From NCBI GenBank assembly GCA_044229975.1, contig JBGARZ010000026.1, positions 1 to 64,000 of the forward strand: 64,000 nt of DNA. Reading direction: 5' to 3'. Shown one piece after another: positions 56,528 to 64,000 of the stretch. A program made the position numbers and the translations under genes. This DNA comes from Polyangiales bacterium. Its GTDB lineage: Bacteria; Myxococcota_A; Polyangia; Polyangiales; Ga0077539. Below the pieces are notes generated by a model that worked only from the letters and a program-made list of their open reading frames with translations, had not been told where the DNA came from and made no database searches. How positions within the stretch are numbered: the first letter of the stretch is position 1; every line of letters starts with the position of its first letter.

Positions 56528-57453
56528 CCGCGCGCTGGTCGACCGCGCTGTCCGCGCTCGCGGCGGTGGCGCTGGCTACGACCACCGCGGCCGCCCAATG
56601 CGACGTGCCCGACGCCGGTGACCCCGACGACCTCGGAACGCTCCGCGACACCTTCCCCGCCGACGAGGGCCTCGACGTCCCCACCGACAGCCCCGTGCGC
56701 CTGCGCTTCACGGGCTTCGTCCCGGCGGGCGCCTCGGTCTGCGTGAGCACCGCCGGGCGCATGGGGTGCCTCCCGGGCGCCGTCACCCTCGTCGGCGATG
56801 AGCTCGTGTGGACGAGCGGGGGAGGGCCGTTTGAGCCCTACACCAACTACCGCATCGACTACCGCGACTCGCTCAACAGCTTCCCCATCCGCTTTCGCGC
56901 CGGGCGCGGTCCGTCCGCGGGCCCACCTCCCTTCGCGGGCATCCGGGGCGCCACCGCCCGCGCCGTCGGTGGCGACTCGTGTGACGCCAATGCCTTCGAC
57001 ATCACGGTGCGCTTCAACCGCGTGACCTTCGACGCCGCGCTCGGCACGCCGTGGCCCGAGAGCGACGTCGAGTACGTGATCTACGCGACGCGCGGCCCGG
57101 GCATCGCGGGCCCGCGCGAGCGTGACCGGGTGCGCCTCCAGAGCTCTGGTTCGTCGACCGACGCGCAGGCCCAACGAACGTTCCGCATCAGCGGGCAGGA
57201 GGGGTCCGGGCCCGTGTGCTTCAGCGTGCAGGCCCTCGATCCGCTCGGGCGCGTGACCACCAACACGCGGGAGGAGTGCGTCGACCCCTCGCAGGGCAAC
57301 TACTTCCAGGGCTGCTCGGCCTCGCCCAACGCGCGACCCACGCGCTGGCCCGGCCTCGCCTGCGCGGCCCTCGCGCTGGCCATCGTCGGACGACGGCGGC
57401 AGCGGGCGCTGGTGTCGGCGCGGCGGTTGACGGTAGGGTCCGCGGCGTCGTGA
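56524..57453 (+). CDS. Secreted Ig-like-domain protein with a C-terminal MYXO-CTERM-like signal
   Basis: Signal peptide; FPAD....VPTDS.V.L.F (Big_5/SbsA-like); C-terminal QGCSAS-linker-TM-RRRQR. Confidence 0.75.
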   Translation: MTARWSTALSALAAVALATTTAAAQCDVPDAGDPDDLGTLRDTFPADEGLDVPTDSPVRLRFTGFVPAGASVCVSTAGRMGCLPGAVTLVGDELVWTSGGGPFEPYTNYRIDYRDSLNSFPIRFRAGRGPSAGPPPFAGIRGATARAVGGDSCDANAFDITVRFNRVTFDAALGTPWPESDVEYVIYATRGPGIAGPRERDRVRLQSSGSSTDAQAQRTFRISGQEGSGPVCFSVQALDPLGRVTTNTREECVDPSQGNYFQGCSASPNARPTRWPGLACAALALAIVGRRRQRALVSARRLTVGSAAS

Positions 57454-58106
57454 CCGTCCTTCTCGTTGGCGTCGCTGGTGGCAGCGGATCAGGCAAGAGC
57501 ACCATCGCCCGCTCGCTCGTGGAGTCGTTGCCCTCGCAGCACGTCACCGCCATCGAGCACGACGCCTACTACAACGACGTCGGGCACCTCTCGTACGAGG
57601 AACGCGCGCGCATCAACTTCGACCACCCCGAGTCGCTCGACAACCAGCTCTTCTGCGACCACCTCGACGCGCTGCGCGCGGGGCGCTCGGTGGAGAAGCC
57701 GCGCTACGACTTCTCGACGCACACCCGCACCGCGCAGACCGACCGGCTCGACCCGTCGCCCATCGTGGTGGTCGAAGGCATCCTGGTGCTCGCGCTGCCC
57801 GCCATCCGCGAGCGCCTCGACGTGAAGCTCTACGTCGACACCGACGCCGACATCCGGCTGATGCGCCGCATACGACGCGACCTCGAACAGCGCGGGCGAA
57901 CCTTCGCCCAGGTGCGGCAGCAGTACTACGAGTCCGTGCGACCGATGCACCTGGCCTTCGTCGAGCCGTCCAAGCGCTTCGCGGACATCATCATCCCCGA
58001 AGGGGGTCAAAACCGGGTGGCCCGCGAGATGATCCTCGCGATGCTCCAGAAGTTCGTGCGCGACGTCGACCTCGCCCGCACCGAAGCCATCACCCGAGAG
58101 GATTGA
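57450..58106 (+). CDS. udk: Uridine kinase
   Basis: GVAGGSGSGKST, D.YY, NFDHP.SLD, EGIL, RRI.RD...RGR, VRPMH..FVEPSK..AD.IIPEGG.N. Confidence 0.96.
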   Translation: MTVLLVGVAGGSGSGKSTIARSLVESLPSQHVTAIEHDAYYNDVGHLSYEERARINFDHPESLDNQLFCDHLDALRAGRSVEKPRYDFSTHTRTAQTDRLDPSPIVVVEGILVLALPAIRERLDVKLYVDTDADIRLMRRIRRDLEQRGRTFAQVRQQYYESVRPMHLAFVEPSKRFADIIIPEGGQNRVAREMILAMLQKFVRDVDLARTEAITRED

Positions 58107-58119
58107 AGGTTCGCTCCCC

Positions 58120-58482
58120 ATGACCCGAATCGCCATCGCCGGAACCGACCGGATCGTGGTCGCCGCCGCAGGCGCCTCGCTGCTCGAAACCCTCCAGACC
58201 GAGGGCTATCCCATCGCGACCTCGTGCGGGGGCGTGGCCACCTGCGGGCTCTGCAAGGTCACCATCAAGGAGGGCAAGGAGCAGCTCTCCCCGATCTGTC
58301 CCGAGGAGATCAACCACCTCGGGTCCATCGCCAAGATCGTCGGGCTGCGCCTCGCGTGTCAGGCCCGCTGCTCGGGCGAGGGTGAGGTCAAGGTGGAGGT
58401 CCCCGAGGTCGAGGACGTCGCCGCTCGCAAGGCCGCCAAGGCCGAGCGCCTCCGTCAGCTCCGCAACCCCGGCCGCCGCTGA
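58120..58482 (+). CDS. 2Fe-2S ferredoxin
   Basis: CGGVATCGLC ... RLACQ. Confidence 0.92.
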   Translation: MTRIAIAGTDRIVVAAAGASLLETLQTEGYPIATSCGGVATCGLCKVTIKEGKEQLSPICPEEINHLGSIAKIVGLRLACQARCSGEGEVKVEVPEVEDVAARKAAKAERLRQLRNPGRR

Positions 58483-58536
58483 CCGACGCCATCGGCTTCC
58501 GGTCGGCGCACGGCGCGGGGTAGAACGTCCCGCGTG

Positions 58537-59409
58537 ATGCGCCCAGCTCTCGTCGCGATGCTGATGTCGGTGGTTCCGGTCGTGGCAGCGGCCGACCCGC
58601 TGGTGGTTCATACGGCGACGCCATCCAACGGTCGCGGCATCACGTCGGCCCAGCGCGTGACGCTGGCCGACGCCGTCGCCGAGGTGATCGCGAGCGGGCA
58701 GCCCGAGGTGTTGCGCGCGTCGGAGACCCACGCGCGGGTGGAGACCCTCACGCCCGCAGCGCTCACCTGCGACGCGGCGGACTGCGCGAGCTCGCTCGTG
58801 ACGACGCTTCATGCGCGCGGCGTGGTGCTGGTCTCCGTCGCCCGCGCTCGCAACCGGGTGACGCTCACGCTCCGCTGGATCGACGCGCAGGGCGCCGTCC
58901 GCAATGAGCAGCACGCCGAGGAGGTCGTCGCCGAGTGGGACGACGCCATCGCGCTCGCAAGGGTGAGCGCCCGCGCGTTGCTCACAGCGATGCCCGCCGC
59001 TCCGCCGATGCCCGCGCCGACGGTGCTGCCGCCGACGCCGACGCCCGCGGTGGTGGCACCCATCGCGCCTCCGCCTGCACCGACCACGCGCACGGTCGTC
59101 ACGCGTCGGCCGGTCGAGGCGATCATCGGCGGTGCGCTCGTCGCGGGCGGCGCGGTCGCGCTCACCATCGGGTCCATCGCGATGGGGCAAGACGGCGGCG
59201 ATACGGGGCGGACGGTGCAGCACGGCAGCGAGGTCTATGTCGCCACGACCAGGGACACGGTGCTGGTGATCGCGGGCGCGGCGGCCGTGGCGGGCGGGGT
59301 GTTTCTGTTGGTCGACGGACTGCGCGCGCGACGCTCGGAGGAGCGGCTCTCGCTGCGCACGCTTCCTCTCAACGGCGGCGGTTGGGTCGGCATCGGAGGG
59401 GCGTTTTGA
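58537..59409 (+). CDS. Secreted/membrane hypothetical protein
   Basis: Signal peptide, C....C motif, Pro linker, two Gly-rich TM segments, C-terminal G.F. Confidence 0.75.
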   Translation: MRPALVAMLMSVVPVVAAADPLVVHTATPSNGRGITSAQRVTLADAVAEVIASGQPEVLRASETHARVETLTPAALTCDAADCASSLVTTLHARGVVLVSVARARNRVTLTLRWIDAQGAVRNEQHAEEVVAEWDDAIALARVSARALLTAMPAAPPMPAPTVLPPTPTPAVVAPIAPPPAPTTRTVVTRRPVEAIIGGALVAGGAVALTIGSIAMGQDGGDTGRTVQHGSEVYVATTRDTVLVIAGAAAVAGGVFLLVDGLRARRSEERLSLRTLPLNGGGWVGIGGAF

Positions 59410-60194
59410 TGGACACCGACCGTCTGCGCGCGCTCGTCGAAGCGGCCCGAACGGTGCCCGCGCCGTACCGCGCCGTCATCGCCACCGACGCCGACGGAAC
59501 CCTCTGGGAAGGTGACATCGGCGACGACCTCTTCCTCGAAGCGCTCGCCCATCACCCCATCGGCCCCGACGCCCGCGAAGGTCTGCGCCGCGGTGCGCTG
59601 GAGGTCTTTGGTGACGAGGGTCCGACCGAACCGCGCGAGCTCGCCCTCGCCTTCATCGCGGCCTATCGCGCCGGGCGCGTGAGCATCGAGCGCATCTGTG
59701 CGCTCCAGGCGGAGTCGCTCGGCGATCGCCCCGCGGCGGAGTTCGATGGCCTCATCGAGACGGTCGCCGCCCGGGTCGCGCTCCGCATCCGTCCCGCCGT
59801 CAGGGTCATCGTCGAGGAGGCCGCGCGCGTGGGTGTCGCGGTACACGTCGTCACCGGCAGCCTCGGCCTCGCGGTCTCCACCGCCCTCCGAGTCGGTGGC
59901 TTGACCCACGCCTCCGCCGCGGGCGGGACGCTCGTCGTGCGGGATGGTCGGGTGCTTCCGTCGCTGGTCGGGCCGATTCCGTTGCATGGCGGCAAGGTCA
60001 CGGCCCTCCAAGCGGCGGGCGCGTGGCCACCCGCGCTGGGCATGGGCGACGGCGGTTGGGACTCGACCTTCCTCCGTGGGTGCGCGGTTCCGTTGCTCGT
60101 CCACCCGACGCCTGCACTGCTCGACGCCATGGCCGCGACCGCGGGAGTGATGATCCTGCGCGATGGGCACGTCACACCGCTTCCTTCCCCGTGA
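59409..60194 (+). CDS. HAD-superfamily hydrolase (phosphoserine-phosphatase-like)
   Basis: DADGTLW (motif I), VVTGS (II), GK (III), GDGGWD (IV). Confidence 0.88.
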   Translation: MDTDRLRALVEAARTVPAPYRAVIATDADGTLWEGDIGDDLFLEALAHHPIGPDAREGLRRGALEVFGDEGPTEPRELALAFIAAYRAGRVSIERICALQAESLGDRPAAEFDGLIETVAARVALRIRPAVRVIVEEAARVGVAVHVVTGSLGLAVSTALRVGGLTHASAAGGTLVVRDGRVLPSLVGPIPLHGGKVTALQAAGAWPPALGMGDGGWDSTFLRGCAVPLLVHPTPALLDAMAATAGVMILRDGHVTPLPSP

Positions 60195-60216
60195 TGGTTC
60201 GCCGAAGAGGTTCTCC

Positions 60217-61491
60217 ATGAAGACCGGACTGCTCGTCGCTGCGCTCTCCCTGCTCCCCGCGGTCGCCTCCGCCCAGGAGTCTGCCCTCGCCGCCCTGCGC
60301 GCCAACGCCTCGAACCCCGCGGGTGCTCTCGCCCTCGGTCGCGCGCTGCGCCGCGCCGGTCGCTTCGACGAGGCGGTGCGCGTCCTCAACGGCGTGCGCG
60401 ACCCGTCCCTGCGGCAGAGCGCGCAGTGGGAGGTCGCCCGCGTGCGCTTCGACCAGGGCAACTTCCGACCGGCCCAGGCCGCCTGCAACGCCCTCCCCGC
60501 GGGTCCACAGCGCCGCGTGTGCATGGCCCGCGCAAACCTCGTGTGGCACCGCGTGGCCCTCGCCGACCGTGAGCTCAACGCCGCCCGATCGATGAGCGCG
60601 GGCGACGGTGAGCTCCAGCTCGCGACCGCCGACGCGCGACGCATGGCCGCCGACCTGCCCGCCGCCGAGGCCGCCTACCGCGAGGCCGCGCAGGCGCTGC
60701 CCGACCGCGCCGATCCGCAGCTGGGTCTAGGCGCGCTCGCCGAGCTCGCCGGGCAGCTCGACGCGGCCGAAGCGGCGTACCGGCGCGCGGTGTCCGTCGA
60801 CGCGAGCGACCCGCAGTCGGCGCTAGCACTCGGGCGCTTTCTGCTGCGTCGGCGCAACAACGCGACGGAGGCTCTGCCGCTCTTGCAGCGAGCCGCGACC
60901 GATCGAACGCAGTGGCCCGAGGCGCTGACGGCGCTGGGTGACGCGCTGCTCGCCAACGGCGACGCGGCGACGGCGCGCAGCTCCTTCGAAAACGCCCTGC
61001 GGCTCTCTCCCACGCAGCCGGGCGCGCAGGCGGGCCTCGGGCGCGCGCTGATCGCGCAGCAGCAGTGGGCCGCGGCCGAGGCGCCGTTTCGCGCGGCGAT
61101 GGCCCAGGTCGGAACCGACGCGTCGGCCTACGCGGGTCTCGCCGATGTGCTGGAGCACACCAACCGCGAACAGGAGGCGATGCAGGCGTGGGACGCCGCC
61201 ATCGACCGCGCGCCTACCGACCCGGCGATTCGCCTGCGCGCCGCCGACCTCGCGCACCGCACCCAGCAGAACGCCCTCGCCCGCGCGTACATCGACCGGG
61301 TGCTCACCGACGCGCCCCGCAACGCCTCGGCGCTGCTGCTCCGCGGCGTCATCGCGGCGGAAGACGGCGACCGCAACGCCGCGCGCACCGCCCTCACCGC
61401 GGCCCTGAGCGGCGACGGCCCCATCGACCGCGAGCTCGCCGAGCGTCGATTGCGCGAGCTCGACCAGCCCACGCGACCGCGCCGCCGGTAG
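60217..61491 (+). CDS. Secreted tetratricopeptide-repeat protein
   Basis: Signal peptide ..ASA|Q; repeated LG......G...A...Y..A...P units. Confidence 0.88.
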   Translation: MKTGLLVAALSLLPAVASAQESALAALRANASNPAGALALGRALRRAGRFDEAVRVLNGVRDPSLRQSAQWEVARVRFDQGNFRPAQAACNALPAGPQRRVCMARANLVWHRVALADRELNAARSMSAGDGELQLATADARRMAADLPAAEAAYREAAQALPDRADPQLGLGALAELAGQLDAAEAAYRRAVSVDASDPQSALALGRFLLRRRNNATEALPLLQRAATDRTQWPEALTALGDALLANGDAATARSSFENALRLSPTQPGAQAGLGRALIAQQQWAAAEAPFRAAMAQVGTDASAYAGLADVLEHTNREQEAMQAWDAAIDRAPTDPAIRLRAADLAHRTQQNALARAYIDRVLTDAPRNASALLLRGVIAAEDGDRNAARTALTAALSGDGPIDRELAERRLRELDQPTRPRRR

Positions 61492-61494
61492 ACG

Positions 61495-62166
61495 ATGCTT
61501 CGCCACGCCATCGCCATCGCGCGGAAGGACCTCCTCATCGAGCTGCGGGTGCGCGAGGTGGTCCCGACGATGACCTTGTTCGCGACGCTGGTCGCGGTGC
61601 TCGCGTCGATGTCGCTCTTCGTCGACGAGGACACCGGGCGCCGCGTCGCGCCGGGCGTCCTGTGGATCGCGGTGGCCTTCGCGGGGACGCTGGGCCTCTC
61701 GCGCACCTGGGACCGCGAGCGGGAGGAAGGCGCCCTGCGCGCGGTGCTGCTCTCCCCCATCTCCCCGGCCTCCATCTTCGTCGGCAAGGCCATCGGGGCG
61801 CTGGTGTTCGTGCTCATCACCGGGTGCGTCGCGGCGCTGCTCGTCGCGCTCCTTCTGCACGCCCCGCTCTTCGAGCACCTCGGTCCCTTCGCGGTGCTGC
61901 TCTTCCTCGGCACCGTCGGCTTCGTCGCGGCCGGAACCCTCTTCGGCGCCCTCGTCGCCCGCACCCGCGCCCGAGACCTGCTGCTCGCCGTGGTGCTCTA
62001 TCCGCTCGTCTCGCCGGCGCTGCTCTGCGGAGTCGTGGCGACGCGCGACCTCTTCGGCGGCGCCTCGGTCGGACAGATCGCCGACTGGTTCAAGCTGCTG
62101 GTGATCTTCGACCTAGTGTTTATTGGCGGGGGCGTGGCGCTGCTCCCGACGCTGCTCTCGGAGTGA
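61495..62166 (+). CDS. ccmB: Heme exporter permease CcmB
   Basis: IARKDL.IE.R..E, PGVLW.A..FAG.L.L.R....E.E.G.L, LL..VLYPL..P. Confidence 0.88.
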   Translation: MLRHAIAIARKDLLIELRVREVVPTMTLFATLVAVLASMSLFVDEDTGRRVAPGVLWIAVAFAGTLGLSRTWDREREEGALRAVLLSPISPASIFVGKAIGALVFVLITGCVAALLVALLLHAPLFEHLGPFAVLLFLGTVGFVAAGTLFGALVARTRARDLLLAVVLYPLVSPALLCGVVATRDLFGGASVGQIADWFKLLVIFDLVFIGGGVALLPTLLSE

Positions 62167-62173
62167 AGAGGCG

Positions 62174-63100
62174 CTACCAGGCGTAGACCGCGGCCTCGCC
62201 GTGACGGCGCACGAGGCCGTCGACGTACTCCGCGAGGATGTCGCGGCGGCGCAGCAGCGAGCGGAGCTGGAGCGCCGTAAGCGGAGGGAAGGTGCGGTCG
62301 GGGTCGAGGGACATCTCGGCGCGCACCGACGCCTCGGTCATGGCGCGGGCGCGGGTGATGACCGCTCGGTTGAAGCGCTGCGTGCGTTGGAGCATCGAGC
62401 GCGAGCGCTGTAGCAGACCGTCGACGAAGGGCTCCTCGAAGCCGCCGTTGTTGTCGCGGTAGATGAGGTGCCCCTGCGCGTCCATCGGGACGTTGGCGCC
62501 GCTCCAGCGATCCCAGTTGCCGGTCAGGAAGTCGAAGACCAGCAGCGTCGAGATCTCCTCGGCGCGCTGTGACTGATCGGGCGGCAGCGGTCGGCCCTGA
62601 CGCAGCCAGCGTGACCAGCGCTCCTGCTCCTGCGGGTCGTCGATGCGCGACGGCCGCAGCACCGGCACCCAATAGATGGCCGCGCCCCGCGCCGTGTTGT
62701 CGCGGTCGAAGAGCACCGGGCTGTCGGGCGCGAGCCGCAGCGTCGCCCGCGGGACGGCGCGCGAGATGGCCGGCGGCACCCGCGTGAGACCGAGCAGGCG
62801 GTTGAGCCGGTAGGCCGCGATCTCGCCGCGGTAATGGTCGCCGTGGCTGGAGGTGCGGGGCTTCCACGCCGCGTCGATGCCGCCCTCCAGGCGGAAGTGG
62901 AGGTTCACGCTGGTGCTGCCGACGTTCTGTCGGCCGAGCACCCGCGCGCTGCGGATGGCCTCCAGGATGCGCGTCTCGGAGACACCTCCGAAGGTCCGAC
63001 CATCGGCCACGACGGCAGGCGGAGGGGACGGTTGCGAGAGCCCGACCAGCGGGCCGAGGCCGATCGCGAGGCTCAGGAGGGGTGAGATCCAACGACGCAT
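62174..63100 (-). CDS. Secreted atypical protein kinase, Fam20/Four-jointed-like
   Basis: Signal peptide from ATG 63100; AAWKP, GEIAAYRLNRLLGL..VPP, FDFLTGNWDR, RDNNGGF. Confidence 0.72.
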   Translation of the reverse strand: MRRWISPLLSLAIGLGPLVGLSQPSPPPAVVADGRTFGGVSETRILEAIRSARVLGRQNVGSTSVNLHFRLEGGIDAAWKPRTSSHGDHYRGEIAAYRLNRLLGLTRVPPAISRAVPRATLRLAPDSPVLFDRDNTARGAAIYWVPVLRPSRIDDPQEQERWSRWLRQGRPLPPDQSQRAEEISTLLVFDFLTGNWDRWSGANVPMDAQGHLIYRDNNGGFEEPFVDGLLQRSRSMLQRTQRFNRAVITRARAMTEASVRAEMSLDPDRTFPPLTALQLRSLLRRRDILAEYVDGLVRRHGEAAVYAW

Positions 63101-63244
63101 GTCGGCCGCGAGAGCTAGCACGACCGACCCGAACGCCGGAATTCAGTGGAGTCCATCAAAGCGCGTGACGGACGCGCGGGGCGCGGCATTCCCTCGCGTG
63201 ACCCTTGACCTGTCCGCGCGCCTGAGAAATGGTCCCGGCCCGCC

Positions 63245-64000
63245 ATGCGTCACCCCCCCTTCGCCGTCGCTTCGTTGGTCCTCGTCTGTGGCGCTGTGGC
63301 CGGCGTCGTGATGGCCCAGCCCCGGCCTCGTCCGCCCGTGCGCCCGGTGCGCGCCGACGCCGGCGTGGTCGCCGATGGCAGCGCCCCCGCGGCCGATGCC
63401 TCGACCCCTGCGACCGACGCCTCGGCGACGCCCGCCGCGAGCCTCGACGGCGCGACCCCCGCGACGCCCGTCAGCCTCGAAGACGGCGGCGTGCGCGTGG
63501 GCGACGCGTCCATCCCGATGCGCCAGCTCGGCACGGGCACGGTGATCCACTTCCCGGTGCCCGAGCAGCTCGCCCGCACGGCGGTGCCGGTGTTCGCGCA
63601 GATCCGCTCGACGGCGCCCATCGACCACGTCTCGCTCTTCTACCGCGGCGTCGGCGCGCGGCGGTACACCGAGGTCCGCATGCCCGCGCTCGGGCAGCAG
63701 TTTCGCCTGCCGTCGGGCTTCGGCGCGATGATCCCCTGCGACGACATCTTCCCGCCGCGGGTCGAGTACTACGTCGCAGCCATCGACTCGTCGGGCGCCT
63801 CCAACGGCGGCGCGGGCACGGCCGAGTCCCCCGTCCAGGTGGACATCGTCGACCGCCGCTCGTACGCCGCGCCGACGCTCCCCGGTCAGCCTCCGCCGCG
63901 CACCTGCGGCTCGCTCGCACAGACCGCCACCGTCCGCGACGCGGGCAGCGGCCCGGCCGTCATCGAGCGCGGCACCAACGACCTCGGCGAGCCCTGCCGC
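63245..64000 (+). CDS. Secreted hypothetical protein, truncated by the window end
   Basis: ATG 63245, signal peptide, DAG/DAS linker, IHFPVPEQ..., LFYRG, VEYYV.A.D; frame remains open to 64000. Confidence 0.7.
   Translation, partial: MRHPPFAVASLVLVCGAVAGVVMAQPRPRPPVRPVRADAGVVADGSAPAADASTPATDASATPAASLDGATPATPVSLEDGGVRVGDASIPMRQLGTGTVIHFPVPEQLARTAVPVFAQIRSTAPIDHVSLFYRGVGARRYTEVRMPALGQQFRLPSGFGAMIPCDDIFPPRVEYYVAAIDSSGASNGGAGTAESPVQVDIVDRRSYAAPTLPGQPPPRTCGSLAQTATVRDAGSGPAVIERGTNDLGEPCR

Overview
High-GC window, most likely from a myxobacterium of the Polyangiales/Sorangiineae type. This is inferred from MYXO-CTERM-like sorting signals, Cys-rich lipoproteins and a Hanks-type kinase. It falls into six parts. 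(1) 1..~11274 looks like the right-hand end of an integrative element or prophage remnant. It is bounded by a 24-nt 3' fragment of tRNA-Sec (att-like, 11251-11274). It carries a phage-replication-type gene with an internal iteron-like array, an XRE regulator, a Cys-rich lipoprotein, a lower-GC metzincin plus two-lipoprotein cassette, and three IS elements (ISAzo13, an IS91-like relic, and an ISL3 with an 8-bp target duplication and ~90-bp inverted repeats). (2) 12067-29845 is an aryl-polyene (APE)-type type II PKS cluster split into two convergent operons, with a flavin-dependent halogenase-like gene and a KS-CLF fusion; acs, a hypothetical gene and a Uma2 gene lie between the operons. (3) 29.9-40.1 kb holds secreted proteins, mdh-sucC-sucD, a Ser/Thr kinase, a PDZ protein and a PfkB kinase. 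(4) A 1402-aa lipoprotein has an internal MYXO-CTERM-like signal immediately followed by a second lipobox (possible polyprotein), and is followed by tRNA-Leu(UAA). (5) A second minimal type II module has two ACPs, a KS, a non-catalytic CLF and an SPT-like alpha-oxoamine synthase. (6) The remainder contains a degenerate sigma54-activator-like membrane protein, a pseudo-rhomboid, a tolQ-tolR-[inverted sigma54-driven ECF sigma]-tolA-tolB locus, udk, ferredoxin, HAD, TPR, an orphan ccmB and a secreted Fam20/Four-jointed-like kinase. All family calls come from motif recognition by eye; no database searches were run.
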